A stretch of DNA of 32,000 bases, from NCBI RefSeq assembly GCF_042660085.1, contig NZ_JBHSTI010000009.1, positions 17,410 to 49,409 on the forward strand, given 5' to 3'. Below, one piece after another: positions 1-8,925 of the stretch; the stretch's first letter is position 1, and each line of letters begins with the position of its first letter. Below the pieces are notes generated by a model. The model did no database searches and had not been told where the DNA came from. It was given only the letters and a program-made list of their open reading frames with translations. A program made the position numbers and the translations under genes. This stretch comes from Longivirga aurantiaca. GTDB lineage: Bacteria; Actinomycetota; Actinomycetes; S36-B12; CAIYMF01.

Positions 1-115
1 GCTCCGCGGCGATGACGATGTCGCCCTCGTTCTCACGGTCCTCGTCGTCGACGACGACGAGCATCTGTCCGCGTCGCAGTGCATCGACCGCGTCGGGGAT
101 GGTGGCGAACGTCAT
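1..115 (-). CDS. ribB: 3,4-dihydroxy-2-butanone 4-phosphate synthase (RibB, or RibB domain of RibBA), N-terminal part, runs off the left edge
   Basis: Hand translation of complement(1..115) gives [38 protein letters not shown], with the hallmark [13 protein letters not shown] motif. Not present in the supplied ORF track (too short in window). Confidence 0.93.
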   Translation of the reverse strand, partial: MTFATIPDAVDALRRGQMLVVVDDEDRENEGDIVIAAE

Positions 116-160
116 GGGTCCTGCCTCTACTCGGGGTTGGGCGAGCTCGCGGGCGGCTGT

Positions 161-1015
161 TCAGCCGGTCGGTGGCGGTGGTCTCCGGGCTCGGAGGAGG
201 CCTTCCTGGGCGGTCGTCGCGACGAGCCTGCCGTCCTGGCGGTAGACCCGACCCCAGGCAATCCCCCGCCCGCCTGCGGCGCCCGGCGACACCTGGTCGT
301 GCAGGAGCCAGTCGTCCACGCGCAAGTCGTGGAGGAACCACATCGAGTGGTCCAGTGTCGCGATGACGAAGCCGTGGGGCTGTGCGTCCTCGTCGGGGAG
401 GGGCACTGCCGCGAGCATGCTGAGGTCGCTGACGTAGGCGAGGACAGCCGCGTGCAGCAGAGGGTCGTCGGGGAGCTGCGCCGCCGCCCTGACCCACACC
501 TGCAGGGAGGGGTTCTCCTCGGTCACGGCATCGTCGTCGCAGCGCATCTCCAGCGCGGACCACTCGACGTGGGCGAGCGTTCCGTACCGGGCTCGTGAGG
601 CGAGCCTGCTGTGCCAGTTCGGCAGGGACTCCGGCGGTGCGGCGATCGGCATCGGAGCCTGGTGCTCGAGCCCCTCCTCCTGGTCCTGGAACGACGACGT
701 CATCGTGCAGAGAGCTGTCCCACCCTGGATGACGGTCGTGCGACGGGTGCTGAACGCCCTGCTCTCCCGGAGGTTCTCGACCCGGAGGACCACCGGCACA
801 GCCGGGTCGCCGCCGTGCAGGAAGTTCGCGTGCAACGAGTGCACCCGACGGGTTGGGCCCACAGTGCGGCCGGCGGCCATCAGAGCCTGCGCGACGACGA
901 GCCCGCCGAACATGCGGTGGTCGGATTCGTTGACTGCACGGCTGCGGAAGTGATCGGGGTCCAACTGCTCGAGGTCGAGGACCGCCAGCAGAGGTGCGAC
1001 CGAGGGCGATGTCAT
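161..1015 (-). CDS. acyl-CoA thioesterase II-like (TesB family, double hotdog)
   Basis: 284 aa; RMFGGLVVAQAL..A, VHSLHANFLHGGDP, SLDHSMWFH-like ATLDHSMWFLHDLRVDDWLLHD. ATGA overlap with upstream HAD gene. Confidence 0.88.
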   Translation of the reverse strand: MTSPSVAPLLAVLDLEQLDPDHFRSRAVNESDHRMFGGLVVAQALMAAGRTVGPTRRVHSLHANFLHGGDPAVPVVLRVENLRESRAFSTRRTTVIQGGTALCTMTSSFQDQEEGLEHQAPMPIAAPPESLPNWHSRLASRARYGTLAHVEWSALEMRCDDDAVTEENPSLQVWVRAAAQLPDDPLLHAAVLAYVSDLSMLAAVPLPDEDAQPHGFVIATLDHSMWFLHDLRVDDWLLHDQVSPGAAGGRGIAWGRVYRQDGRLVATTAQEGLLRARRPPPPTG

Positions 1016-1668
1016 GTTCCCCCGCGATCAAGGAGCAGGGGAAGCTCCCGCATGTCCCGGAACACGATGGCACCGAGGCTGGAGAGGGCGTCGTCCTCCT
1101 GGGTGGCCCCGGTGTAGGCGAAGCAGTCCATCGCAGCTGCCCGTGCAGCGCGGACACCCGTGATGCTGTCTTCGACCACGGCGCACGAGCTCGGCAGCGC
1201 GCCGAGCGACCTCGCCGCGTGGAGGAACAGATCGGGCGCGGGCTTGGGCTGTGCGACATCGCTCGCGACGAACACGGCGTTCTCGAACCGCTCGAGAAGG
1301 TTCACACGTCGGAGGTTTCGACGGGTCGTTGCGCGATCCCCGTTGGTTGCGACGCACATCGGGACCCCGATTCGTGCGAGCGCCTCGCTCACGCCGTCCA
1401 CTGCATGGAGGCGGGAGTCGAATGCCGCCTCGCAGCGGGAACGGAGCTCCTCCGCCCACCCCTGCTCGAGCCGATCGCCTAGCTCGTCCCGCACACCCGC
1501 CTGCCACTGGGTCGGGGTGCAACCGGAGAACCGGCGGCGCAGCTCGTCGGCCTCGACCTCCCAGCCGAGGGCCCGGAACATCTCGGCGCTGACCTCGGCG
1601 GCCAGCCGCTCGCTGTCCACGAGGACTCCGTCGCAGTCGAGGATGACGAGTGTGTACGGCGTGGGCAT
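1012..1668 (-). CDS. HAD-superfamily phosphatase / beta-phosphoglucomutase-like
   Basis: Start placed at MPTPYTLVILDCDGVLVDSE (ATG at 1668); CVATNGD, KPAPDLFLHAA, VVEDSITGVRAARAA motifs. The longer track ORF (to 1926) is an N-terminal over-extension. Confidence 0.87.
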   Translation of the reverse strand: MPTPYTLVILDCDGVLVDSERLAAEVSAEMFRALGWEVEADELRRRFSGCTPTQWQAGVRDELGDRLEQGWAEELRSRCEAAFDSRLHAVDGVSEALARIGVPMCVATNGDRATTRRNLRRVNLLERFENAVFVASDVAQPKPAPDLFLHAARSLGALPSSCAVVEDSITGVRAARAAAMDCFAYTGATQEDDALSSLGAIVFRDMRELPLLLDRGGT

Positions 1669-1691
1669 GAGTCGGTGGCTCGGAGCGGCGG

Positions 1692-1895
1692 TCAGGAGAG
1701 CAGGCTGATGGCGAGCCGTGGGCAGGAGTCGATCGCGAGCGTGACGTCCTCCTCGAGCTCGAGGGGGACGTCGGCCGCCACTGCCTGGGTCGTGCCGTCG
1801 CCCGCCAGCACGAAGACGTCGGGGACCAGTCCACGGCAGACCCCGGCGGACTCGCAGAACTCCTGGTTCACGGTGGCACGCACGAGGGCTCCCAA
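1692..1895 (-). CDS. [3Fe-4S]-type small ferredoxin, likely P450 redox partner
   Basis: 67 aa, VNQEFCESAGVCRGLVPDVF...LAIDSCPRLAI: C-x2-A-x2-C...CP pattern; divergent to the P450. TTG (1895) or GTG (1883) start. Confidence 0.85.
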   Translation of the reverse strand: MGALVRATVNQEFCESAGVCRGLVPDVFVLAGDGTTQAVAADVPLELEEDVTLAIDSCPRLAISLLS

Positions 1896-1925
1896 GGATG
1901 TGGTTCACTGCGGTCAGTGTAGCCA

Positions 1926-1939
1926 ACCAAGCGCTTGAC
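1926..1939 (+). promoter_or_regulatory. Palindromic operator site 1 (ACCAAGCGCTTGAC) in divergent ferredoxin/P450 promoter region
   Basis: Exact palindromic core CAAGCGCTTG at 1928..1937; repeated at the other transcription-unit starts in the window. Confidence 0.85.
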
Positions 1940-1964
1940 AGACAATGGCGGGCCCGCCTAGTTT
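1935..1964 (+). promoter_or_regulatory. Candidate promoter for the P450 operon: TTGACA - 18 nt - TAGTTT
   Basis: -35 at 1935..1940 overlaps operator 1; -10-like TAGTTT at 1959..1964. Confidence 0.6.
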
Positions 1965-2072
1965 GCTCGCGACCGGGGTATCCCGGCGAGGGCGCCCTGA
2001 CGCTCCGCCCGGGCGGCCTGACGTCGACCGCCGCGTCGCATGCGTGGGGGCCCGGCCTCGACGAGGAGCGAC

Positions 2073-3323
2073 ATGTCTGGCGAATGCCCAGTCCGGCACG
2101 ACTTCCAGATGCTCGAGCAGTCGTTCGTGAAGGACCCGTACGCGACCTGCCCCGCCGTCCAGGAGTCGCCGGTCTTCTGGTCCTCCGACCTCGGCTGCTA
2201 CGTGGTGACGCGCTACGACGACGTGCAGCGGGTGCTGTCCGACCACGAGCTGTTCTCGAACGCGGCGACCAATGTGCCGGTGACCCCCATCAACGAGGAG
2301 GCGCAGCGGGTTCTCGACGAGAGCGAGGTGTGGTTCCGGCCCAACCTCACCAACGCGGACGCGCCGCGGCACACGATGGTCCGGCGCTGGGTGGCCGACG
2401 CGATGAGCCCTCGGCGGATCCGCGCCCTCGAGCCGGGCGTGCGCGCCTGGGCGTCCACCAAGGTGGACGAGATGGTGGCCAAGGGCCGCGCCGACATCTA
2501 CGCCGAGCTCTGCTTCCCGCTCCCGGCCATCACCGGCTTCACCCTCCTCGGGTTCCCGCCGGAGGACGTCGAGCAGCTCAAGTCCTGGTGCGACCGGCGG
2601 GTCGTGCTCACATACGGACGCGCGACGGGCGCCGAGCAGGTCGAGGTTGCTGAGAACGTGGCCGCCTTCTGGCGCTACACGAACGAGTTCGCCCAGTCGC
2701 GGATCGACGATCCCCGCGACGACCTCACGAGCGACATCATCAAGCACCACCTCGCCGACCCCGAGGAGTTCTCGCTGCGCGATGTGTCGGCCGTCCTGTT
2801 CGGGCTGTCGATCGCGGCGCACGAGACCACCACCAACCTGATGACCAACGGCGTCCGTCAGCTGCTCGCGCACCGCGAGCAGTGGGAGGCGCTGGTCGCC
2901 GACCCGACGCTGATCCCCAACACGATCGAGGAGTGCCTCCGATTCGACGGGCCCGTCATCGCGTGGCGGCGGCGCGCGACGGCCGACGTCGACGTCTCAG
3001 GGACGGTCATCCCCAAGGACTCGGTCGTCCTGATGCTGCTCTACTCGGCGAACCACGACCCGCGCCGCTTCGACGACGCCGGCAGCTTCGACATCCGCCG
3101 CCCCGAGGCCCGTTACCACCTGACGTTCGGCAAGGGCACCCACTTCTGCGCCGGCGCGCCGATGGCCCGCATGGAGATGAAGATCCTGCTCGAGAACCTG
3201 ATCGAGAAGGCTCCCGGGATGCGGCTGGTCGAGGATCAGGCGCTGGAGTTCATCCCCAACATCTCCCAGCGGGGCCCGCACGGCCTCGTCGTCGACTTCG
3301 AACCGGCCCTCACCCACGCCTGA
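2073..3323 (+). CDS. cytochrome P450
   Basis: [17 protein letters not shown] heme loop, I-helix [11 protein letters not shown], ExxR EECLR. GAGGAG Shine-Dalgarno before ATG 2073 (track start 2040 is upstream). Confidence 0.96.
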   Translation: MSGECPVRHDFQMLEQSFVKDPYATCPAVQESPVFWSSDLGCYVVTRYDDVQRVLSDHELFSNAATNVPVTPINEEAQRVLDESEVWFRPNLTNADAPRHTMVRRWVADAMSPRRIRALEPGVRAWASTKVDEMVAKGRADIYAELCFPLPAITGFTLLGFPPEDVEQLKSWCDRRVVLTYGRATGAEQVEVAENVAAFWRYTNEFAQSRIDDPRDDLTSDIIKHHLADPEEFSLRDVSAVLFGLSIAAHETTTNLMTNGVRQLLAHREQWEALVADPTLIPNTIEECLRFDGPVIAWRRRATADVDVSGTVIPKDSVVLMLLYSANHDPRRFDDAGSFDIRRPEARYHLTFGKGTHFCAGAPMARMEMKILLENLIEKAPGMRLVEDQALEFIPNISQRGPHGLVVDFEPALTHA

Positions 3324-3379
3324 TCCGGTGGCCGGCGCCGCCGCGCGTCACCGTCGTACCTCACCTGGAGCCCTCACCC

Positions 3380-4579
3380 ATGCGCGAAGCAGCAGTCATC
3401 TCCACCGCCCGCACGCCCATCGGCAAGGCGTATCGCGGTGCCTTCAACGACACGCAGGGCCAGGCGCTGGCGGCGCATGCCATCGCGCACGCGGTGGCGC
3501 GAGCCGGCATCGACCCGGCTGAGATCGAGGATGTGGTTCTCGGCTGCGCACTTCCGGAGGGTTCCACGGGGCTCAACGTCGCGCGGCAGGGAGCCATCCG
3601 CGCGGGCCTGCCGGTGACCGTGTCGGGGATGACGATGGACCGGCAGTGCTCGTCGGGCCTCATGGCCATCGCGACGGCGGCCAAGCAGATCGTGGTGGAC
3701 GGCGTGCGTGTGGCCGTCGGCGGCGGTGTCGAGTCGGTCTCCCTCGTCCAGAACGAGCACCAGAACAAGTTCCGCATGCAGGACCCCTGGCTGGACGAGC
3801 ACCGACCCGACATCTACATGCCGATGCTGTACACCGCGGAGATCGTGGCCGAGCGGTACGGCGTCACCCGTGAGATGCAGGACGAGTTCAGCGCGCAGTC
3901 ACAGCAGCGGGCGGCTGCCGCCGCGGCCCGCGGAGTGTTCGACGACGAGATCGTGCCGATCACCGTGACCAAGCTCGTGCGCGACAAGGCCACCGGAGAG
4001 ACGAGCGCGGTCGAGGTGACCCTGTCGCAGGACGAGGGCATCCGCGGCGAGACCACCGTCGAGACCCTGTCGGCGCTGCGGCCGGTGCTCCCCGACGGTG
4101 CGGCGTCGCAGGTGTCGACCGTGACGGCCGGCAACGCCTCGCAGCTCTCGGACGGGGCGGCGGCGGTGGTCCTCATGGAGGCGCAGGAGGCGTCCAGCCG
4201 GGGCATCACCCCGCTCGGCTTCTACCGGGGCATCGCCGTCACGGGCTGCGCACCCGACGAGATGGGGATCGGGCCCGTGACGGCCATCCCCAAGCTCCTG
4301 GCGCAGCACAGCCTGAAGATCGAGGACATCGGGGTCTGGGAGCTCAACGAGGCGTTCGCGTCGCAGGCCCTCTACTGCCGCGACTTCCTGGGCATCGACC
4401 CCGAGCTGTTCAACCCCAACGGCGGCGGGATCGCCGTCGGCCACCCCTATGGCATGACCGGCGCCCGGCTGGTCGGGCACGCGCTCCTGGAGGGGAAGCG
4501 CCGCGGCGCCCGCTACGTCGTCATCTCGATGTGCGTCGGCGGCGGCATGGGTGCTGCCGGCCTGTTCGAGGTGGCCTGA
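3380..4579 (+). CDS. acetyl-CoA C-acyltransferase (thiolase)
   Basis: [24 protein letters not shown], catalytic [22 protein letters not shown]-terminal [13 protein letters not shown]. Confidence 0.94.
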   Translation: MREAAVISTARTPIGKAYRGAFNDTQGQALAAHAIAHAVARAGIDPAEIEDVVLGCALPEGSTGLNVARQGAIRAGLPVTVSGMTMDRQCSSGLMAIATAAKQIVVDGVRVAVGGGVESVSLVQNEHQNKFRMQDPWLDEHRPDIYMPMLYTAEIVAERYGVTREMQDEFSAQSQQRAAAAAARGVFDDEIVPITVTKLVRDKATGETSAVEVTLSQDEGIRGETTVETLSALRPVLPDGAASQVSTVTAGNASQLSDGAAAVVLMEAQEASSRGITPLGFYRGIAVTGCAPDEMGIGPVTAIPKLLAQHSLKIEDIGVWELNEAFASQALYCRDFLGIDPELFNPNGGGIAVGHPYGMTGARLVGHALLEGKRRGARYVVISMCVGGGMGAAGLFEVA

Positions 4580-4629
4580 CCCGCGATGTCGACCGGCAGC
4601 AACCACGAGCGGAACCGGAGGACGGCGAG

Positions 4630-5316
4630 GTGAGCGCGAGCCGATCGGTGCCGTCGGTCGGAGTGCGCGGCGTGGTCTTCGACTACGGCGGCGTCCTCAC
4701 CACACCGGTCGGCGACTCCATCCGTGCCTGGCTCGCGCGGGCGGCGATCGAGCCGTCCAGCTTCTCCCGGACGCTGAAGGAGTGGCTGTCGAGGGATGCG
4801 CCGTCAGGGACCCCGGTGCACAGGCTCGAGACCGGCGCGCTCAGCGTGGACGAGTTCAACGTCCTGCTCGCCGAGCGCCTGGTCCGTCTGGACGGTAGCC
4901 CCGTGGAGCCCGACGGGCTGCTGAAGGGCCTGTTCGCCGACGTGCGTCCCGACCCGGCCATGATCGGCCTGGTCGAGCGACTGTCGGCGAACGGCGTCGA
5001 GGTGGCGCTTCTGTCGAACAGCTGGGGGAGCGACGACTACCCCTGGGACGTCGTCGACCGGCTCTTCCGCACGACCGTCATCTCCGGCCGCGACGGCGTG
5101 CGCAAGCCGGATCGCGAGTCCTTCGCACTGGTGCTCGACAGGATGGGTCTCGGCGCCGACGTCACTGTCTTCGTCGACGACGCCGAGCCCAACGTCCTCG
5201 GTGCCCGCAGGGTGGGCATGCGCGCCATCCACCATGTCGACGCCGCGTCGACACGTGCCGAGCTCGAGGAACTCATCCCTGCACTGACCGTCGACCTCAC
5301 CGAGGAGAGCACGTGA
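4630..5316 (+). CDS. HAD-family hydrolase, soluble epoxide hydrolase N-domain / ACAD10 N-domain type
   Basis: GTG start; GVVFDYGGVLTTP, LLSNSWG, GVRKPDRESFALVLDRMG, VFVDDAEPNVLGARRVGM. Confidence 0.85.
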   Translation: MSASRSVPSVGVRGVVFDYGGVLTTPVGDSIRAWLARAAIEPSSFSRTLKEWLSRDAPSGTPVHRLETGALSVDEFNVLLAERLVRLDGSPVEPDGLLKGLFADVRPDPAMIGLVERLSANGVEVALLSNSWGSDDYPWDVVDRLFRTTVISGRDGVRKPDRESFALVLDRMGLGADVTVFVDDAEPNVLGARRVGMRAIHHVDAASTRAELEELIPALTVDLTEEST

Positions 5317-6083
5317 CCGCCGCTGCCAGCCCTGCGACCCGCACAGCGATCGTGACCGGGGGTGCCCGAGGGATCGGTGCGGCCATCTCGCGCCGGCTCG
5401 CGGCCGACGGCCTCGCCGTGGCCGTGGTCGATCTGGATGAGAGCAGCTGCACGACCACGCTGGAGGCGATCCGCGCGGACGGTGGCACGGCTCTCGCCGT
5501 CGGCGCGGACGTCGCCGACGAGGCGAGCGTCGAGGCGGCCGTCGCGACGGTGGCCGACGAGCTCGGCGCGCCGTCCGTGCTGGTCAACAACGCCGGCATC
5601 ACGCGGGACAACCTGCTCTTCAAGATGACCGTGGACGACTGGGACAGCGTGATGGCCGTGCACCTGCGGGGCACCTTCCTCATGTCCCGCGCCGCGCAGA
5701 AGCACATGGTCGCGGCGGGCTTCGGTCGCATCGTGAACCTGTCGAGCGTGTCGGCCCTCGGCAACCGCGGCCAGGCCAACTACGCGGCGGCCAAGGCCGG
5801 GATCCAGGGCATCACCAAGACGCTCGCCATCGAGCTCGGCCGGTACGGCGTGACGGCGAACGCGATCGCGCCCGGATTCATCGAGACGGAGATGACGGCC
5901 GCGACCGCGGCGCGCATGGGGATGGACTTCGAGGAGGCCAAGCGCCTCGGTGCGGAGCAGATCCCCGTAGGTCGGGTCGGCCAGCCCGAGGACATCGCGC
6001 ACCTGGTGTCCTATCTCGTCAGCGAGGGTGCCGGCTTCGTCTCCGGACAGGTCATCTACGCCGCCGGAGGCCCGAAGACCTGA
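5313..6083 (+). CDS. short-chain dehydrogenase/reductase (FabG-like)
   Basis: AIVTGGARGIGAAI, NNAGITRD, NLSSVSALGNRGQANYAAAKAG; GTGA overlap with upstream gene. Confidence 0.93.
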   Translation: MTAAASPATRTAIVTGGARGIGAAISRRLAADGLAVAVVDLDESSCTTTLEAIRADGGTALAVGADVADEASVEAAVATVADELGAPSVLVNNAGITRDNLLFKMTVDDWDSVMAVHLRGTFLMSRAAQKHMVAAGFGRIVNLSSVSALGNRGQANYAAAKAGIQGITKTLAIELGRYGVTANAIAPGFIETEMTAATAARMGMDFEEAKRLGAEQIPVGRVGQPEDIAHLVSYLVSEGAGFVSGQVIYAAGGPKT

Positions 6084-6116
6084 CCCGGCGCCGCCCCTTT
6101 CCACGAGGAGTTCCCC

Positions 6117-6572
6117 ATGCGCGTGTTCCGTACGTTCGACGAGCTCTCCGCCTCGGTGGGCGAGGTGCTCGGCAGCAGCTCCTGGCTCCTGGTGGACCAG
6201 GCGCGCGTCGATGCATTCGCCGAGTGCACCGGCGACCACCAGTGGATCCACGTCGATGTCGCGCGGAGCGAGGCCGGCCCGTTCGGAGGCACCATCGCGC
6301 ACGGCTTCCTGACCCTCTCGCTGATCCCGGCGCTGCAGGCCGAGGTCTTCGTGCTCGAGACCCCCGGGCCGAAGCTCAACTACGGCGTGAACAAGCTGCG
6401 CTTCCCGGCCCCGCTGCTCGTGGGGCGACGCGTGCGCGACACGTGCACGTTGCTCGAGGTCACCGAGCTTCCCGCCGGCCGCCAGGTCGTCGTGCGCCAC
6501 GTCGTGGAGATCGAGGGCGAGGGCAAGCCGGCGCTGGTCGCCGACGCCGTCGCGCTGCTCCTCAACGTCTGA
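6117..6572 (+). CDS. MaoC-like enoyl-CoA dehydratase
   Basis: FAECTGDHQWIHVD...GTIAHGFLTLSLIP. Confidence 0.92.
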   Translation: MRVFRTFDELSASVGEVLGSSSWLLVDQARVDAFAECTGDHQWIHVDVARSEAGPFGGTIAHGFLTLSLIPALQAEVFVLETPGPKLNYGVNKLRFPAPLLVGRRVRDTCTLLEVTELPAGRQVVVRHVVEIEGEGKPALVADAVALLLNV

Positions 6573-6616
6573 GAACCTCGACGCACGGCCGCCCAGGGCC
6601 CTCGGTCACTTGTTCT

Positions 6617-6630
6617 ACCAAGCGCTTGAC
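6617..6630 (+). promoter_or_regulatory. Palindromic operator site 2 (ACCAAGCGCTTGAC)
   Basis: Identical 14-mer to site 1, upstream of the monooxygenase operon. Confidence 0.85.
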
Positions 6631-6655
6631 AGAGTGATTCGCGTCGCACTAACGT
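6626..6655 (+). promoter_or_regulatory. Candidate promoter for the monooxygenase operon: TTGACA - 18 nt - TAACGT
   Basis: -35 6626..6631 overlaps operator 2; -10-like TAACGT 6650..6655. Confidence 0.62.
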
Positions 6656-6736
6656 CCGGGCCAAGGTCGAGTCCGGGCTCGCGAAGCTGTCCCGGCCGCC
6701 GTGCGCTGCACTGCGGCCCCATCGAACGAGGAGACT

Positions 6737-7945
6737 GTGGTGACGACGTACGCCGGCGAGGACCAGCAGACCAAGCGTCTCGAGACTGCCCGCGAGATCG
6801 GACACGTGCTCAACCGTGAGGCCGAGGCGGGCACGGAGGCCGGTCAGATCACTGACGCGGTCGTGCAGGCGATCCTCAGCTCCGGGCTGCTGAGCATCGG
6901 CGTCGCCCAGGCTGTCGGTGGCGAGCAGTGCTCGTACGCCGAGTGGGCCGCTGTGCTGGAGGAGCTCTCCCGCGCCGACGGGTCGGCCGGGTGGAGCTTC
7001 ATGGCCACCAGCAGCCACGCTGCGGCCTTCAGCTCCGTGCTCCCGGACGCCGGGGTGCAGAGCTACTACGCAGGCGGTCGCCCGCCCGTGATCGCCGGCA
7101 TGCCCGCGCCCCGCGGACGCGCCGAGCGGGTCGAGGGCGGCTACATGTTCACGGGCAAGCACCAGTTCGCCTCCGGATCCGCCCTCGCCGACCACTTCGT
7201 CGGCGGCGGCGTCGTGTTCGGCGCGGACGGCGAGCCGATCATGGCCGACAACGGCGTCCCGGAGATGGTCGCGGTGATCATCCCTCGCGACAAGGTTCGT
7301 CTCATGGGCAACTGGAACGTCACCGGCCTCGAGGGCACGGCCAGCATCGACTTCGAGATCGGACCGATCTTCGTCGAGGAGGACAAGGTCGTCCACGTCA
7401 ACCCGTGGCCGACCACCGTCTACCGCGGTACCTCGTTCTGGGCGCTGGGAGTTGAGATCCTCGGCCCATTGGGCCACTGCGCGCCCGCGCTCGGCGTCTC
7501 CAAGCGAGCGCTCCAGGAGGTGGCCGCCCTGGCTCCCACGCGCAAGCGCGTGGACGCGGCCTTCCCGACGGTCGGCGACCAGCCGCTGTTCCGTCACGAC
7601 CTGGTCGCCCGCTGGGCGGACTGGCAGGCCACCCACCTCCTGTGGGACGACCTGCTCGTGCGCCTCGACGACTGGACCGCCAACAACGACGCGCAGCCTC
7701 CGCGCGAGCTGGTCGACCGGGCCAAGTACGTCGCCCGGCACATCCACGACACCGCTCTCAAGTGCGTCGACTTCGCCTACCACTGGTCGGGCACGGTCGG
7801 TCTTCGCTCGGAGGGCGTGGTCGGCCGCTGCTTCCGCAACGTCCACGCCATGGACGTGCACATCGCCGTGGACCGCAACAACTACGTCGTCGCCGCGGAC
7901 AGCGTGATGCCCCTCCTGGGCGAGGGCGCGCACGACTTCGACTAG
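6737..7945 (+). CDS. flavin-dependent monooxygenase, oxygenase component (acyl-CoA-dehydrogenase fold, HsaA/HpaB group D type)
   Basis: LEELSRADGSAGWSFMATSSHAAAF, FTGKHQFASGSALADHFVGGG, terminal HAMDVHIAVDRNNY; cognate flavin reductase gene downstream. GTG start 6737 or 6740. Confidence 0.85.
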   Translation: MVTTYAGEDQQTKRLETAREIGHVLNREAEAGTEAGQITDAVVQAILSSGLLSIGVAQAVGGEQCSYAEWAAVLEELSRADGSAGWSFMATSSHAAAFSSVLPDAGVQSYYAGGRPPVIAGMPAPRGRAERVEGGYMFTGKHQFASGSALADHFVGGGVVFGADGEPIMADNGVPEMVAVIIPRDKVRLMGNWNVTGLEGTASIDFEIGPIFVEEDKVVHVNPWPTTVYRGTSFWALGVEILGPLGHCAPALGVSKRALQEVAALAPTRKRVDAAFPTVGDQPLFRHDLVARWADWQATHLLWDDLLVRLDDWTANNDAQPPRELVDRAKYVARHIHDTALKCVDFAYHWSGTVGLRSEGVVGRCFRNVHAMDVHIAVDRNNYVVAADSVMPLLGEGAHDFD

Positions 7946-7990
7946 CACCCGGCCGTCGACGTCCCACGTCGTCGTACCTCATCAAGGCAG

Positions 7991-8031
7991 CGAGGCGGTC
8001 GCGCGGCTCACGCAGACGTGCGGCCGCCTCG
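7991..8031 (+). other. 12-bp inverted repeat (RNA hairpin) between monooxygenase and MBL-fold genes
   Basis: CGAGGCGGTCGC (7991..8002) / GCGGCCGCCTCG (8020..8031), one G-U wobble, 17-nt loop. Confidence 0.5.
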
Positions 8032-8058
8032 GGCATCTTCCGGGCGAGAGGGCATCAC

Positions 8059-8916
8059 ATGAAGATCGGCAACGCCAGCATCGACGCCGTCCTCGACGGC
8101 GAGTTCGCGCTCGACCGATCGATCCCCTACCCCGGCATCGATCCCGATCGCTGGACCGGGTACGAGTCGTTGCTGCGCGACGGGACGCAGGTCGTCAACC
8201 AGCTCGGCGGCTACCTCGTCCGCACCGACGACCACATTGCTCTCGTCGATCTCGGCTTCGGCCCCACGCAGGTGCCCACCTGGACCTCGGGCAAGTTCCT
8301 GGACTCGCTGGCAGCGCTCGGAGTCAAGCCCGAGGACGTCACCGAGGTCTTCCTGACCCACCTGCACTTCGACCACATCGGGTGGGCCGCGGTCAACGGC
8401 GACCCGGTGTTCCCCAATGCGACGCACCGCTGCCACGCCCGGGACTGGGAGTACTTCACGGGGCCCGACTTCGAGGACAACCCGATGATGTTCGGGCCGG
8501 AAGCAGGCCTCGACCAGTGGCCCCAGGACATGCTGACGCGGGACAAGCTAGGTGCCATCGAGCACCTGCTCGAGCGCTGGGACGGCACGGCGGAGCTCGC
8601 CCACGGCATCAGCGTCATCGAGTACCCCGGTCACACGCCCGGCACCACAGCCATCAAAGTCACTGCTCAGGGCGAGTCCGCCATGCTCATCGGTGACATC
8701 GCCCATCACCAGGCCGAGCTGGTCGAGCCCGACTTCCACTTCATCGTGGACATGTCGCCGGAGGAGTCCGCAGCGTCGCAGAGCTCGCTCCTGGTCCAGC
8801 TCGAGCAGACCGGGATGCCCGTCGCGGGCGCACACTTCCAGGACTTCCAGTGGGGTCGCGTCGTTCGCGGCGGAACCGGCTATGCCTGGGCGCCCATCGA
8901 CGCTGCGTCAGCCTGA
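8059..8916 (+). CDS. metallo-beta-lactamase-fold hydrolase (lactonase-like)
   Basis: Start MKIGNASIDAV (ATG 8059); FLTHLHFDHIGW (HxHxDH), YPGHTPGTTA, IGDIAHH. Confidence 0.9.
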   Translation: MKIGNASIDAVLDGEFALDRSIPYPGIDPDRWTGYESLLRDGTQVVNQLGGYLVRTDDHIALVDLGFGPTQVPTWTSGKFLDSLAALGVKPEDVTEVFLTHLHFDHIGWAAVNGDPVFPNATHRCHARDWEYFTGPDFEDNPMMFGPEAGLDQWPQDMLTRDKLGAIEHLLERWDGTAELAHGISVIEYPGHTPGTTAIKVTAQGESAMLIGDIAHHQAELVEPDFHFIVDMSPEESAASQSSLLVQLEQTGMPVAGAHFQDFQWGRVVRGGTGYAWAPIDAASA

Positions 8917-8925
8917 TAGCGGAGG

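Noticed and set aside
1669-1926. Upstream extension of the HAD gene in the ORF track
   Set aside because: Overlaps the ferredoxin in a different frame, Arg-rich translation, and the family start motif begins at 1668.
2882-3379. N-terminal extension of the thiolase ORF (track start 2882)
   Set aside because: Overlaps the P450 in another frame; thiolase homology begins at [15 protein letters not shown] (3380).
5937-5950. Partial operator-like CCAAGCGCCTCGG
   Set aside because: Internal to the SDR coding sequence (EEAKRLG); only one half matches.
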